Source: SAR324 cluster bacterium (lineage in GTDB: Bacteria > SAR324 > JACQKK01). Taken from it: a DNA stretch of 45,874 nucleotides. The DNA lies in the NCBI GenBank assembly GCA_022573975.1, contig JACZSY010000003.1, positions 1-45,874 on the forward strand. The letters are read 5' to 3'. Below are positions 19,041-31,240 of the stretch, in pieces. The notes under the pieces were generated by a model. That model worked only from the letters and a program-made list of their open reading frames with translations, was not told the origin of the DNA and made no database searches. Numbering within the stretch: the first letter of the stretch is position 1; each line of letters starts with the position of its first letter. The position numbers and the translations under genes are program-made.

Positions 19041-20237
<1,197 letters not shown>

Positions 20238-20275
20238 CCAGGCCGCGCCGTTTGGCGAGCCGCCGGGAAGACCCC

Positions 20276-20584
20276 ATGACGCAACAAATCAAAGTCCGCT
20301 TCAAGGCCTACGATCACACCCTTCTGGACCAAACGGTGCGGGAGATTGTCAACGCGGTGAAACGCACCGGGGCGGATGTCAACGGCCCCATTCCGCTGCC
20401 CACCCAACGCACGGTGATCACGGTGTTGCGGTCTCCGCACGTGGACAAGAAATCGCGGGAACAGTTCGAGACCCGCACCCACAAGCGGTTGATGTACATC
20501 ATCGATCCCACGCCGCAGACCATGGAAGCCCTGATGCGTCTCGAAATCTCCGCCGGCGTGGACATTACGATGAAGCAGGACTGA
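20276..20584 (+). CDS. rpsJ: 30S ribosomal protein S10
   Basis: [21 protein letters not shown]. Confidence 0.98.
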   Translation: MTQQIKVRFKAYDHTLLDQTVREIVNAVKRTGADVNGPIPLPTQRTVITVLRSPHVDKKSREQFETRTHKRLMYIIDPTPQTMEALMRLEISAGVDITMKQD

Positions 20585-20683
20585 AGCCGCCCCCCGGGCC
20601 ACCGATTGGCGCCCGGCAACCTTTCCATCCCATGATTCGCGGCCGGGATGGAAGACCACTTTTTGGATGGACCACCAGCAACC

Positions 20684-21307
20684 ATGAGCAAGGTGCCGGT
20701 CATCAAGATGGATCAATCCAAGGCGGACGCGCTGGAAATGCCCGACTGGATTTCCTCCGCGCCCTTCAACCCGCTGTTGATCAAGGACGCGGTGGTGTAT
20801 CAGCAGGCCAAGATGCGCCAGGGCACCCATTCCTCCAAATCCCGCGGTCAGGTCACCGGCAGCACCCGCAAGCTTTACCGCCAGAAGGGCACCGGAAATG
20901 CGCGGGTGGGAGACAACAAGGCGACCCAGCGCCGCGGCGGTGGAATACCCCACGGCCCGAAACCCCGCGACCATGCCTTCAAGCTCAACAAAAAGGTGCG
21001 CAAGCAGGCCCTGCGTTCGGCCTTGGCGGAAAAACTGCGCTCCAAATGCCTGCTGGTGGTGGAGAAGATCGAACCGGAAACCCATAAAACGGGGCCTTTC
21101 GCCAAGTGGCTGCAGGAACTCAACGCGCCCGAAGCGCTGATCGTGACCGATCGCATCGGCGAAAATCTGGCCCGGGCCACCGGCAATCTGCCCAGCGTAA
21201 TGGTGATTCATTTCGGGCAGCTCAACGTCTACAACCTGCTGGTGTTCGAAAAAGCGATTTTCTCCCGCGAGGCCTTGTCGGCCCTGGAGGAAAGGTTGGC
21301 CCTATGA
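20684..21307 (+). CDS. rplD: 50S ribosomal protein L4
   Basis: [33 protein letters not shown]. Confidence 0.97.
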   Translation: MSKVPVIKMDQSKADALEMPDWISSAPFNPLLIKDAVVYQQAKMRQGTHSSKSRGQVTGSTRKLYRQKGTGNARVGDNKATQRRGGGIPHGPKPRDHAFKLNKKVRKQALRSALAEKLRSKCLLVVEKIEPETHKTGPFAKWLQELNAPEALIVTDRIGENLARATGNLPSVMVIHFGQLNVYNLLVFEKAIFSREALSALEERLAL

Positions 21308-21588
21308 ACCTGAAAGTATTGAAGACCCCGCGCCTCACCGAAAAATCGGTGCTCCAGAAGGAAGTGTCCAATCAGGTGACCTTCATGGTGAACAAGGCCG
21401 CCAACAAGATCGAGATCAAGCGCACCATCGAGCAGGTGTTCAAGGTGACCGTGCTCAACGTGAACACCATCAGCAACCGGGGCAAGAAAAAACGGATGGG
21501 ACGGTTCACGGGCCGCAGGCCGGACTGGAAAAAGGCCATCGTCACCTTGAAAGAGGGCGACAAGATCGAATATTTCGAGGGCGCATGA
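21304..21588 (+). CDS. rplW: 50S ribosomal protein L23
   Basis: [22 protein letters not shown]; ATGA overlap with rplD. Confidence 0.97.
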   Translation: MNLKVLKTPRLTEKSVLQKEVSNQVTFMVNKAANKIEIKRTIEQVFKVTVLNVNTISNRGKKKRMGRFTGRRPDWKKAIVTLKEGDKIEYFEGA

Positions 21589-21752
21589 CCGCTCATGGGC
21601 CGGTGCGCTCCGGCCCACCCATGGAACAGGGACGCCCCATGGGCGGCAGCTTGAGCGCGGAACTTTTACCGCCAAACCCTTTGCGTCCGGATTCACCGCT
21701 GGCGGCCCAGGCCGCCGGTTGACACAGGAAAAGAGAAAAACCGCCGATCATC

Positions 21753-22577
21753 ATGCCCATACGCAAATACAAGCCAACATCGCCCGGCAGACGCGGCATG
21801 AGCGTGTCCACCTTCGAGGAGCTGACCACCGGCAACACGCCCGAACGCTCCCTGTTGCGGCCGCTGAAGAAGTCCGGCGGACGCAACAACCGGGGGCGGA
21901 TCACCGTGCGCCACCGCGGCGGCGGGCACAAGCGCCGCTACCGGATAATCGATTTCAAGCGCAACAAAATCGGCGTGCCCGGGCGGATCGCCACCATCGA
22001 ATACGATCCCAACCGCAACGCCCGCATCTCCCTGGTGATCTACGCGGACGGGGAAAAGCGTTATATCATCTCCCCCAACACCATTGCCGTCGGCGACACG
22101 GTGATGTCCGGGCCGGAGGCGGAAATCCGGGTGGGCAATACGCTGCCACTGCGCAATATTCCCCTGGGCAGCATCGTACATTGCGTGGAACTCAAGGCGG
22201 GCAAGGGCGCGCAACTGGCCCGGGCCGCCGGAACCTCGGTGGTGCTGGCCGCCAAGGACGACAACTACGCCCAGATCCGGCTGCGCTCCGGGGAGATTCG
22301 CAAGGTGCGGCTGGAATGCATGGCCACCATGGGCGAGGTGGGCAATGGTGATCACAGACACATCCAACTGGGCAAGGCCGGCCGGAAACGCTGGCTGGGC
22401 ATCCGGCCCACCGTGCGCGGGGTGGCCATGAATCCCGTCGACCACCCCCATGGGGGCGGCGAGGGAAAGACTTCGGGTGGACGGCACCCGGTGACCCCCT
22501 GGGGCAAACCCACCAAAGGTCACCGCACGCGCCGCAACAAGCGCACCGACCCGATGCGGGTGCGGCGCAGGAAATAA
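21753..22577 (+). CDS. rplB: 50S ribosomal protein L2
   Basis: [29 protein letters not shown]. Confidence 0.99.
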   Translation: MPIRKYKPTSPGRRGMSVSTFEELTTGNTPERSLLRPLKKSGGRNNRGRITVRHRGGGHKRRYRIIDFKRNKIGVPGRIATIEYDPNRNARISLVIYADGEKRYIISPNTIAVGDTVMSGPEAEIRVGNTLPLRNIPLGSIVHCVELKAGKGAQLARAAGTSVVLAAKDDNYAQIRLRSGEIRKVRLECMATMGEVGNGDHRHIQLGKAGRKRWLGIRPTVRGVAMNPVDHPHGGGEGKTSGGRHPVTPWGKPTKGHRTRRNKRTDPMRVRRRK

Positions 22578-22675
22578 CCCCGCCGGGCAACCGCCCGGGG
22601 CTGGAGATATCCGCTTCGGGCTGGAGATGGAGCGGAGGAAATAAATTGGAACACAGCATCCTGCAAGGAGCTTAA

Positions 22676-22957
22676 GTGCCAAGATCATTGAAAAAAGGAC
22701 CGTTCGTCGACAAGCACCTGATGACAAAGGTACTGCGGGCAAAAGAAACCGACGACAGGAGGCTGATTCGCACCTGGTCCCGCAGGTCGGTGATCCTGCC
22801 CGAATTCGTCGGGGTCAACCTGGCGGTTCACAACGGGAACAAGCACATTCCGGTGCTGATTACGGAAAACATGGTGGGACATAAACTGGGCGAGTTCGCC
22901 CCCACCCGCACCTATCGGGGGCATACCTCGAAAACCGACCACCGCGGCGGCCGCTAG
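22676..22957 (+). CDS. rpsS: 30S ribosomal protein S19
   Basis: [21 protein letters not shown]. Confidence 0.99.
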   Translation: MPRSLKKGPFVDKHLMTKVLRAKETDDRRLIRTWSRRSVILPEFVGVNLAVHNGNKHIPVLITENMVGHKLGEFAPTRTYRGHTSKTDHRGGR

Positions 22958-23080
22958 GGAACCAACACACGGCGCCGGTGAACGGCGCCAAAAATATGGC
23001 ACAGGGCGGAATCGCCGCCCGCGGCGAGAAGTCCGCTTGAAGGCGGCATAACCCAAAGCAAGCAAACTGGCACGGCGATC

Positions 23081-23446
23081 ATGGCGGACAGTACGACAGA
23101 AAAGGCAACCTCGGCGGCATCCTATACGGCCGTCGCCAAAGGTATTCGCATCTCGCCGCGAAAGGTGCGGCTGGTGATCGACCTGATTCGGGGAAAGAAC
23201 GTGGCCCTGGCCCTGGGCATCCTGGACAGCGTCAACAAGGGCTCGGCCCCGGTGGTCAAGACCCTGCTCAAATCGGCCATCGCCAACGCGGAAAACCAGA
23301 ACGAGAATATCGAGGTGGACACCCTTGTGATCCAGAAAGCGTTCGTGGACGCGGGACCCACCCTGAAGCGCTGGAGGCCCCGCGCGATGGGACGGGCCTC
23401 GCCCATCCGCAAGCGCAGCAGCCGCATCACGCTGACGGTGGGTTGA
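23081..23446 (+). CDS. rplV: 50S ribosomal protein L22
   Basis: [25 protein letters not shown]. Confidence 0.98.
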   Translation: MADSTTEKATSAASYTAVAKGIRISPRKVRLVIDLIRGKNVALALGILDSVNKGSAPVVKTLLKSAIANAENQNENIEVDTLVIQKAFVDAGPTLKRWRPRAMGRASPIRKRSSRITLTVG

Positions 23447-23523
23447 AAAACGGTGGGCTGATTAAACGGGTGGGTCGATTTAACGGTGGTTGGACAAACG
23501 GTGGTTGGACAAACGGTGGTTGA
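23435..23523. repeat. Degenerate ~15-bp tandem repeat (AAACGGTGGTTGGAC) in the rplV-rpsC spacer
   Basis: About six ACGGTGG-core units, the first being the rplV 3' end ACGGTGGGTTGA. Confidence 0.8.
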
Positions 23524-23587
23524 AATAATCAGAGGGTTGAAAATTCATGGATTCGATAATTCCGTGGGATGACACCAAGGAGGAACA

Positions 23588-24286
23588 GTGGGTCAAAAAG
23601 TAAATCCAATCGGCTTCAGGCTCATCCTCACCAAAAACTGGACCAGCAAATGGTATGCGGACCGCCGCACCTACGCCGACCAGTTGGAAGCGGATTTCAA
23701 GGTCACCCAGTATATCAAGAAGCACCTCAAGCATGCGGGGATTTCCCGCATCGAGGTGGAGCGGGCGGCCCAGAAAATCAAGGTGACCATCTTCGCTTCG
23801 CGCCCCGGGATCATCATTGGCCGGAAAGGCGAAGCCGCCGATCAGCTAAAGGATGAACTGGTCAAACTGGGCAAGACCGACGTCACGATCAACATCAAGG
23901 AAGTGAAACGCCCGGAAATCGACGCCCAGTTGCTGGCGGAAAACATCGCCACCCAGCTGGAGCGGCGCATCGCCTTCCGCCGGGCCATCAAGCGCTCGCT
24001 GGCTTCCGCCATGCGGCTGAACATCGCGGGTTGCAAAATCATGGTGGGCGGGCGGCTCAACGGCGCGGAAATGTCCCGCAAGGAATGGGTTCGCGACGGG
24101 CGCGTGCCCCTCCATACGCTGCGGGCGGAAATCGATTACGGCACCACCGAGGCCATGACCACCTACGGCATCATCGGCGTCAAGGTCTGGGTGTACAAGG
24201 GCGAGGATTACAACCAGCCCCGCCTCCTCCGCCGCCGCGGCGGCCGGGAGAACCGCTCCGACAACCCGCCCAGGAACAAGGAATAA
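23588..24286 (+). CDS. rpsC: 30S ribosomal protein S3
   Basis: [20 protein letters not shown]; GTG after AGGAGG. Confidence 0.99.
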   Translation: MGQKVNPIGFRLILTKNWTSKWYADRRTYADQLEADFKVTQYIKKHLKHAGISRIEVERAAQKIKVTIFASRPGIIIGRKGEAADQLKDELVKLGKTDVTINIKEVKRPEIDAQLLAENIATQLERRIAFRRAIKRSLASAMRLNIAGCKIMVGGRLNGAEMSRKEWVRDGRVPLHTLRAEIDYGTTEAMTTYGIIGVKVWVYKGEDYNQPRLLRRRGGRENRSDNPPRNKE

Positions 24287-24290
24287 AGCC

Positions 24291-24701
24291 ATGTTGATGC
24301 CCAAGCGCACCAAATACCGCAAAGTGATGAAAGGCCGCATGAAGGGCAATACCAAGGGGGGCGGCAAGCTCAACTTCGGCGCCTATGGGTTGCAGGCGGT
24401 GGAACGGGGCATGGTCACGGCCCGGCAAATCGAAGCCAGCCGCCGCGCCCTGACCCGTGAGATGAAACGGCGGGGCAAGGTCTGGATTTCCGTCTTTCCC
24501 CACAAACCCATCACCCAGCGGGCCGCCGAGGTGCGCATGGGCGGAGGAAAAGGGGCCGTGGACCATTGGTCGGCCGTGGTCAAGCCGGGCCGGGTGCTGT
24601 TCGAGATGGATGGCGTGGAAGAGGAGGTCGCCATGAGCGCGCTCCGCCTGGCCGCCTACAAGTTGTCCATCAAGACCACCGTGATCAAGCGCGGAGCATA
24701 A
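24291..24701 (+). CDS. rplP: 50S ribosomal protein L16
   Basis: [18 protein letters not shown]. Confidence 0.98.
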   Translation: MLMPKRTKYRKVMKGRMKGNTKGGGKLNFGAYGLQAVERGMVTARQIEASRRALTREMKRRGKVWISVFPHKPITQRAAEVRMGGGKGAVDHWSAVVKPGRVLFEMDGVEEEVAMSALRLAAYKLSIKTTVIKRGA

Positions 24702-24707
24702 ACCAGC

Positions 24708-24914
24708 ATGAACACCAACGAGATGCGGCAATTTTCCTCCGAGGAACTGGAAGCCCGGCTCGCCGAATGGGAGGAAGATTTGTTCAAGGACCGCTGTTCG
24801 CAAGTGCTTGGGCAAGTGACCGACACCACCAGTATTCGCCTGAAGCGCCGTCACATCGCGCGGGCCAAGACCATTATCAACGAGATGAGGCGCGATGCCG
24901 CAAGCCAAGGCTGA
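24708..24914 (+). CDS. rpmC: 50S ribosomal protein L29
   Basis: Operon position; [14 protein letters not shown]. Confidence 0.93.
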   Translation: MNTNEMRQFSSEELEARLAEWEEDLFKDRCSQVLGQVTDTTSIRLKRRHIARAKTIINEMRRDAASQG

Positions 24915-25182
24915 AACCGAAAAACGCACCACCCGCCGCAAGGTAAGGCAAGGCGTGGTGGTCAGCGACAAAGCTGAAAAAACAATCGTGGTGAAGGTCG
25001 AACGCCGGATGACCCATCGCCTTTACAAAAAAATAATCCGGCGCTCGAAAAATTATCATGTGCACGATGAGGGCAATACCTCCAAGGTGGGCGATGTGGT
25101 TCGCATCATGGAATGCCGGCCTCTCAGCCGCACCAAACACTGGCGCCTGCTCGAAATCGTGGTCAGCGCGGAGCAGATATAA
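24895..25182 (+). CDS. rpsQ: 30S ribosomal protein S17
   Basis: [25 protein letters not shown]. Confidence 0.97.
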   Translation: MPQAKAETEKRTTRRKVRQGVVVSDKAEKTIVVKVERRMTHRLYKKIIRRSKNYHVHDEGNTSKVGDVVRIMECRPLSRTKHWRLLEIVVSAEQI

Positions 25183-25280
25183 AAACAGGCGGCTAAATAA
25201 AACGGCGCCATGGGCAAAAGCGGAAAATTCCGATTTGGCCCATGGAACTTCGCAACTGTAATTATCGGAAACCAGCAGTC

Positions 25281-25649
25281 ATGATACAAATGCAAACCAT
25301 GCTCAGGGTGGCGGACAACACGGGCGCCAAAAAGTTGATGTGCATCAAGGTGCTCGGAGGCTCCAAGCGCCGTTATGCCTCCATCGGCGACATCATCGTG
25401 GCCTCGGTGAAGGACTCCGTCCCCAACAGCCGCATCAAGAACGGCGAGATCGTGCGGGCCGTGGTGGTGCGCACCACCAAGGAAATTGGCAGGAACGACG
25501 GCTCCTACATCAAGTTCGACGAAAACGCGGCGGTGTTGATCGACGCGAAAAAGGAACCGCTGGGAACCCGCATCTTCGGCCCCGTGGCCAGGGAATTGCG
25601 GTTCCGGCAGTTCATCAAGATCATTTCACTGGCACCCGAAGTGCTCTAA
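25281..25649 (+). CDS. rplN: 50S ribosomal protein L14
   Basis: [28 protein letters not shown]. Confidence 0.99.
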   Translation: MIQMQTMLRVADNTGAKKLMCIKVLGGSKRRYASIGDIIVASVKDSVPNSRIKNGEIVRAVVVRTTKEIGRNDGSYIKFDENAAVLIDAKKEPLGTRIFGPVARELRFRQFIKIISLAPEVL

Positions 25650-25696
25650 GGCGAAGACGCCCTGTATCCACCGGTCAACAGGAACGACGAGAGATC

Positions 25697-26020
25697 ATGA
25701 GAAGCGCGGTTCAGCCCAAGCTGAGAAAATCGAAATTCAAACAAGGGGATCAGGTAATGGTGATCTCCGGGAAGTCCAAGGGCAAAACCGGCGAAGTGCT
25801 GCGGATCGACCTGAGCAGGAGCATGGTGTTCGTCAAGGACTGCAACGTCCAGATGCGCCACACCAAGCCCCGCCGGCAAGGCGAAAGCGGAGGCATCATC
25901 CCCCAGGAAGGCGCCATCCATTTCTCCAACGTGTTGCAGCTTTGCGAGACGTGCAGCCGCGGGGTGCGCAAGCTGTGCGAAAAACCGGCGGAGTGCCGCT
26001 ACAACAAGAAGAACCAATAG
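25697..26020 (+). CDS. rplX: 50S ribosomal protein L24
   Basis: KOW motif GDQVMVISGKSKGKTG, EGAIHFSNV; unusual Cys-rich C-terminus. Confidence 0.95.
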   Translation: MRSAVQPKLRKSKFKQGDQVMVISGKSKGKTGEVLRIDLSRSMVFVKDCNVQMRHTKPRRQGESGGIIPQEGAIHFSNVLQLCETCSRGVRKLCEKPAECRYNKKNQ

Positions 26021-26105
26021 CACCTTGGTATAAATTATAGACACCCCGGGCGAAAAGCCGCCAACGCGCGGCCGGAGGCCCTTCATCGAACAGGTGGTTG
26101 GAATC

Positions 26106-26648
26106 GTGTCCAGATTGCAGGAAAAATACCAAAACGACGTCAAGACCACGTTGCTGAAGGAATTCAGCTACAAAAGCCCGATGCAGGTTCCCGGGATGGT
26201 CAAGATTTCCCTCAACATCGGGGTGGGAGAGGCCATTGGCAACGCCAAAATACTGGAATCGGCCCAGGCGGAAATGACCAGGATTTCCGGGCAGAAATCG
26301 GTGATCACCTACGCCCGCAAATCCATCGCCGCCTTCAAGCTGCGCGAGGGGATGGCGATCGGGGTGATGACCACCTTGCGGCGTCAGAAAATGTGGGATT
26401 TCATGGATCGCTTCATCTCCGTCGCTCTGCCCCAGGTGCGCGATTTCCGCGGGCTTTCCCGCCGTTCTTTCGATGGGCATGGCAATTATACGGTGGGAGT
26501 GCGCGAACAAATCATCTTCCCGGAAATCAGTTTTGAAGACATCGACCAGATTCGCGGCATGAACGTGACCTTTCACACCACCGCCAGAACCGATGAGGAA
26601 GGCCTGCGCATGTTGGAGTTGATCGGAATGCCGTTTCGGAAAAATTAG
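26106..26648 (+). CDS. rplE: 50S ribosomal protein L5
   Basis: [24 protein letters not shown]; GTG start inferred. Confidence 0.97.
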   Translation: MSRLQEKYQNDVKTTLLKEFSYKSPMQVPGMVKISLNIGVGEAIGNAKILESAQAEMTRISGQKSVITYARKSIAAFKLREGMAIGVMTTLRRQKMWDFMDRFISVALPQVRDFRGLSRRSFDGHGNYTVGVREQIIFPEISFEDIDQIRGMNVTFHTTARTDEEGLRMLELIGMPFRKN

Positions 26649-26762
26649 CGCGATTTCAGTCTTTGGCGCCCCCGGCGGGGGCGTGATGAAATCCGGCGAA
26701 CCGGGCCGATATTGGATAGTATGGAAAAGACGATAACCAGAACCGCATAAACGACAGGATCC

Positions 26763-26948
26763 ATGGCAAAAAAAAGCATGATCGCCAAGGCAAAGCGCCG
26801 GGCGAAATTCAAGGTGCGCCAACATTCCCGCTGCCGCTATTGCGGCCGCCCCCGCAGTTTCCTGAGGAAATTCGGGATGTGCCGGATTTGTTTCCGCATG
26901 AAGGCGCTCGCCGGTGTGCTGCCAGGCGTGACCAAGGCCAGTTGGTAG
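26763..26948 (+). CDS. rpsN: 30S ribosomal protein S14, zinc-binding (type Z)
   Basis: 61 aa; CRYC...CRIC; GVTKASW. Confidence 0.98.
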   Translation: MAKKSMIAKAKRRAKFKVRQHSRCRYCGRPRSFLRKFGMCRICFRMKALAGVLPGVTKASW

Positions 26949-27081
26949 AGCGATCAACGGCCTCGCTTTTCGGAGCGAGGCCTGAAAACCCCGGCTTTTT
27001 TTTCGCCACCCGCGGCGGGAAATAGAGCCGCGGAACCTATATTTTGCAGCGCGACGCGCATAAAAATCAGGAGTTTGATTC

Positions 27082-27483
27082 ATGTCGATGACCGATCCGA
27101 TCGCGGATTTTCTCACGCATATCCGCAATGCCCTGATGAGAAAACACGCCTCGGTGGAAAGCCCATCCTCCAAAATCAAGACCGAAATCGCCCGGGTGCT
27201 CAAGGAGGAAGGCTTCATCGTGGATTGGAACATGACCGAGGATGAAAAAGGGATGCCGCGCATCGCGGTGGAACTGAAATACGACAAGAACGGGGAAAGC
27301 GTGATCCGGGGCATCAAGCGCATCAGCAAGCCCGGCCAGCGGCGCCATGCGGGGTGCCAGGATTTGCGCCCGATATACAACGGCCAGGGAATCGCCGTGG
27401 TCACCACTTCCAAGGGCCTGATGACGGATTTTTCCTGCCGCGAGCAAAAAATCGGCGGGGAAGTGATCTGCCATGTGTGGTAA
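27082..27483 (+). CDS. rpsH: 30S ribosomal protein S8
   Basis: MTDPIADFLT, RISKPG, GGEVIC. Confidence 0.98.
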   Translation: MSMTDPIADFLTHIRNALMRKHASVESPSSKIKTEIARVLKEEGFIVDWNMTEDEKGMPRIAVELKYDKNGESVIRGIKRISKPGQRRHAGCQDLRPIYNGQGIAVVTTSKGLMTDFSCREQKIGGEVICHVW

Positions 27484-27569
27484 CGCGCCCCGGCAGCCCG
27501 CACCCAGGCGGCGGAGTGGCGTCACGGCGGCGCGATTTGACGCGGCATAACGGATAAGGAAACAAAGCG

Positions 27570-28112
27570 ATGTCCAGAGTGGGAAAAAGAATCATCCAGG
27601 TTCCAAAAGGCGTCGAAATCCGCTATGAGGCGCGCGAGATTCACATCAAAGGGCCCAAGGGGGAGAACCGGTTCAAAGTGCCCGAATTGGTGGAGTTGGA
27701 AATCGGCGGCGATGAAATCAAGGTGCAGGCCGATTACATCAACAACACCAAGGCCCGCGCCATGATGGGCACGGTGCAGGCTTGCATCAGCAACATGGTG
27801 GTGGGGGTTTCCGAGGGGTTTTCCCGCGGCCTGATGTTGGAGGGTGTTGGATACAGGGCCAAGGTGGAAGGGGAGAAGCTGGAATTGCTGCTGGGATTCT
27901 CGCACCCGGTCAGCCTGAAGCTCCCGCCGGGTGTGCGGGCGGAGGTGGTGGACATGAGAAGAATTATCCTGACCAGCCACGACAATGTGCTGCTGGGACA
28001 GACCGCCGCCAATATCCGGGCCCTTCGGCCGCCCGAGCCGTTTCAGGGCAAGGGCGTGCTCTACGAAAACGAGCACATCCGCCGCAAGGCGGGCAAGAGC
28101 GGAAAGAAATAA
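27570..28112 (+). CDS. rplF: 50S ribosomal protein L6
   Basis: MSRVGK, GVGYRA, LGFSHP, PEPFQGKG. Confidence 0.98.
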   Translation: MSRVGKRIIQVPKGVEIRYEAREIHIKGPKGENRFKVPELVELEIGGDEIKVQADYINNTKARAMMGTVQACISNMVVGVSEGFSRGLMLEGVGYRAKVEGEKLELLLGFSHPVSLKLPPGVRAEVVDMRRIILTSHDNVLLGQTAANIRALRPPEPFQGKGVLYENEHIRRKAGKSGKK

Positions 28113-28195
28113 CACGGAAATATCGACGCCGGAAATTTTACACCGGGACAATCCAAACCGACGCCGAAACTCAAGGTCAAGGACTTTAACCCAGC

Positions 28196-28567
28196 ATGAC
28201 AACTCGACTTAGCCGGCCGGAACGGCGCAAGAAGCGCCAATTCCGGATTCGAAAGAAAATCAGGGGATCGAAGGAAATTCCCCGCCTCAGCGTATTCCGC
28301 TCCGCACGGAACATATACGTCCAGGCGGTGGACGATGACACGGGCCAGACCCTGACCACGGCCTCCACCAGGGAAAAGGAAATCAAGGAATCCCTCAAAG
28401 GGTATCCGGGCAACAAGGAAGCGGCCGCCATGGTGGGGAAGACCCTCGCCCAGCGGCTGAAAAAACTGGGTGTCGAAAAGGCCGTGTTCGACCGCGGAGG
28501 GAGCCGTTACACTGGCCGCGTGGCCGCCCTGGCCGATGCGGCCCGCGAGGGCGGATTGAAAATTTGA
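28196..28567 (+). CDS. rplR: 50S ribosomal protein L18
   Basis: PRLSVFRS, FDRGG, AAREGGL. Confidence 0.98.
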   Translation: MTTRLSRPERRKKRQFRIRKKIRGSKEIPRLSVFRSARNIYVQAVDDDTGQTLTTASTREKEIKESLKGYPGNKEAAAMVGKTLAQRLKKLGVEKAVFDRGGSRYTGRVAALADAAREGGLKI

Positions 28568-28603
28568 CCCAACCCGCCTCCGCCCAATGGCGGGTGTGGG
28601 GGA

Positions 28604-29155
28604 ATGAGCCAGAAACTTAATCGAAAATCACGAGGACAATCCGTGAGCGAGTCAGCAGGCGAAAAGAGCGACCTGATAGAAAAGGTAATCAGAATCAACC
28701 GGGTGGCCAAGGTGGTGAAAGGCGGCCGCCGGTTCAGTTTCAGCGCCCTGGTGGTGGTCGGCGATGCCAAGGGCCGCGTGGGTTGCTCCCTGGGCAAAGC
28801 CAACGAGGTGACCGAGGCCATCCGCAAGGGCATCGAAGGCGCCACCAAGGCCATGAAGCCCGTGGTGATCGAGGGACGAACGATTCCCTATCAGACCATC
28901 GGCAGGTTCGGAGCCAGCCGGGTGGTGATGAAGCCCTGCGAGCCGGGGCGCGGCATCATCGCCTCGGGGCCGGTGCGCGCCATCATGGAAGCCTTGGGCA
29001 TCCACGATATCTCCGCCAAGAACCTGGGCTCGAACAACCCCCATAACGTCGTCAAGGCGACCCTCTTCGCGCTGTACCAACTCAAATCCTTTGAGGAAAT
29101 CGCCGAGCGCAGGGGCGTGCCCGTGGAACGCCTGCGCGGCGCCATGGCCGGATAA
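28604..29155 (+). CDS. rpsE: 30S ribosomal protein S5
   Basis: [27 protein letters not shown]; start approximate. Confidence 0.98.
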   Translation: MSQKLNRKSRGQSVSESAGEKSDLIEKVIRINRVAKVVKGGRRFSFSALVVVGDAKGRVGCSLGKANEVTEAIRKGIEGATKAMKPVVIEGRTIPYQTIGRFGASRVVMKPCEPGRGIIASGPVRAIMEALGIHDISAKNLGSNNPHNVVKATLFALYQLKSFEEIAERRGVPVERLRGAMAG

Positions 29156-29170
29156 GGAGGAAGATCCAAG

Positions 29171-29368
29171 ATGAGCAAGGTAACGGTCAAGATGATGCGC
29201 AGCGCCATCGGGTTTCCCAGGGATCAGCGGGCCACCCTGCTGGGGTTGGGCCTGAAACGAATCAACCAACAGCGGGAGTTGGAAGACACCCCGGCGGTGC
29301 GTGGCATGATCTTCAAGGTGAAACACCTGGTCCATGCCGAACCGCCCAAATCGCCGGAACGAGACTAG
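29171..29368 (+). CDS. rpmD: 50S ribosomal protein L30
   Basis: [20 protein letters not shown]. Confidence 0.97.
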   Translation: MSKVTVKMMRSAIGFPRDQRATLLGLGLKRINQQRELEDTPAVRGMIFKVKHLVHAEPPKSPERD

Positions 29369-29374
29369 CACGAG

Positions 29375-29869
29375 ATGAATCTACATCAATTGGAAAACGC
29401 GCCCGGCGCCCGGCGCAAGGCCAAACGGAAAGGACGCGGACACGCCAGCACGCTGGGGAAAACCGCCGGCCGCGGCCAGAAAGGCCAAAAAGCGCGCAGC
29501 AAGGTGGCTCCCGGTTTCGAAGGCGGGCAGACGCCCTTGCGGAGAAGGCTGCCCAGGCGCGGTTTCAAGAACCCCTTCAAGGCGCGCTTCCATATCGTCA
29601 ACCTCCGCGACCTGGCCCGGCGGCCCTTGCTGGCGGACAAGACCACCATCGGCCTCGACGATTTGATCGCGGCCAATCTGATCGACAAGACTGTGAAGAA
29701 ACCCGCTGAAAACGGCGAGGGATTCACGCGAAAGCCCCGTTACCCGGTCAAAGTGCTGGGGACGGGGGATTTGGGACGGGCGGTCACCGTCCAGGCGCAT
29801 CGCTTCAGCCGTTCCGCCGCCGAAAAAATCAAGGCGGCCGGCGGAGAAGCGGTGGTGATCGAAGGATGA
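29375..29869 (+). CDS. rplO: 50S ribosomal protein L15
   Basis: GKTAGRGQKGQKAR, GFEGGQTPL. Confidence 0.98.
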   Translation: MNLHQLENAPGARRKAKRKGRGHASTLGKTAGRGQKGQKARSKVAPGFEGGQTPLRRRLPRRGFKNPFKARFHIVNLRDLARRPLLADKTTIGLDDLIAANLIDKTVKKPAENGEGFTRKPRYPVKVLGTGDLGRAVTVQAHRFSRSAAEKIKAAGGEAVVIEG

Positions 29870-29876
29870 TGAAATC

Positions 29877-31232
29877 ATGCTGAGCGCATTTCAAAACGCT
29901 TTCCGGATCGAGGAACTCAGAAACCGCATCTTCTTCACGCTGTTGATGCTGATGGTGTTCCGGCTGGGGGCTCATATTCCCACCCCCGGCATCGACAGCA
30001 CCGCCCTGGCGGAATTTTTCAAGGCGCAGGAAGGCACCATATTTTCGTTCTTCGACATGTTCTCCGGCGGCGCATTGCAGAGACTGACCGTGTTCGCGCT
30101 GGGAATCATGCCCTACATCAGCGCGTCGATCATCATCCAGTTGCTCACGGTGGTCTTTCCCTACCTGGAGCGCCTGAGCCGCGAAGGCGAGGCCGGGCGC
30201 CGCAAGATCACCATGTACACCCGCTATGGCACCGTCGGCCTGAGCATCGTGCAGGGTTTCGGCATCGCGGTGGGGCTGGAGTCCATGGCCTCCCCGGAAT
30301 CCGGCGCCCCCATCGTGATTTCCACCATGAGTTCCTGGGGGTTCCGCGCCCTCACCGTGATCACGCTGACCGCGGGCACGGCGTTTTTGATGTGGATTGG
30401 CGAGCAGATCAACGAGCGGGGCATTGGCAATGGGATTTCCCTGATCATCTTCGGCGGAATCGTCACCGACATTCCCGGCGCCGTCATCAACTCGATTCAA
30501 CTGGTTCAGGCCGGTCAGCTCGCTTCGTTGGTGTTGGCTCTGGTGGGCGTCATCATGATCGGCGTGATTTTCGCGGTGATCTTCATGGAAACCTCCACCC
30601 GCCGCATCGCGGTGCAATATGCCAAACGGGTGCAGGGCAACAAGATGTACGGCGGGCAAAGTTCACACCTGCCCTTGAAGATCAACTCCGCCGGAGTGAT
30701 TCCGATCATTTTCGCCTCTTCGATTCTGGCGTTTCCGTCCACCATCACCGGTTTCATCGCCACCAGCCAGTCGGACAGCCTGTTCATACAAATCATGCGG
30801 GCGGTCAGCCAGCAAATGACGCCCACGGCACTGTTGTATAATATTTTCTATGTTATGATGATCTTTTTCTTTTGCTTTTTTTACACGGCGATTCAGTTCA
30901 ATCCGGTGAAAATCGCCGACGAGATGAGAAAATTCGGCGGTTACATACCGGGCATCCGCCCCGGTCAGAAGACTGCGGAGTATATCAACCAGGTTTTGAC
31001 CCGGATCACCTTTGGCGGCGCGATTTATCTGTCGGCGGTCTCTGTGTTGCCGGTGATCCTTTTTTCAATTCTCAACGTTCCCTTTTTCTTCGGCGGCACC
31101 GCGCTGTTGATCGTGGTTGGCGTCGGGCTGGACACGGTGCGGCAAATCGAGGCCTTTCTCCTCAACCGCAATTACGACGGTTTTCTCAAGAAGAGCAAAC
31201 GCCGAACCGGTATGAGAACCTTGCGCATATAG
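29877..31232 (+). CDS. secY: Preprotein translocase SecY
   Basis: FALGIMPYISASII, GIGNGISLII, IPGIRPG, FGGTALLIVV. Confidence 0.99.
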   Translation: MLSAFQNAFRIEELRNRIFFTLLMLMVFRLGAHIPTPGIDSTALAEFFKAQEGTIFSFFDMFSGGALQRLTVFALGIMPYISASIIIQLLTVVFPYLERLSREGEAGRRKITMYTRYGTVGLSIVQGFGIAVGLESMASPESGAPIVISTMSSWGFRALTVITLTAGTAFLMWIGEQINERGIGNGISLIIFGGIVTDIPGAVINSIQLVQAGQLASLVLALVGVIMIGVIFAVIFMETSTRRIAVQYAKRVQGNKMYGGQSSHLPLKINSAGVIPIIFASSILAFPSTITGFIATSQSDSLFIQIMRAVSQQMTPTALLYNIFYVMMIFFFCFFYTAIQFNPVKIADEMRKFGGYIPGIRPGQKTAEYINQVLTRITFGGAIYLSAVSVLPVILFSILNVPFFFGGTALLIVVGVGLDTVRQIEAFLLNRNYDGFLKKSKRRTGMRTLRI

Positions 31233-31240
31233 GGCAGCCA

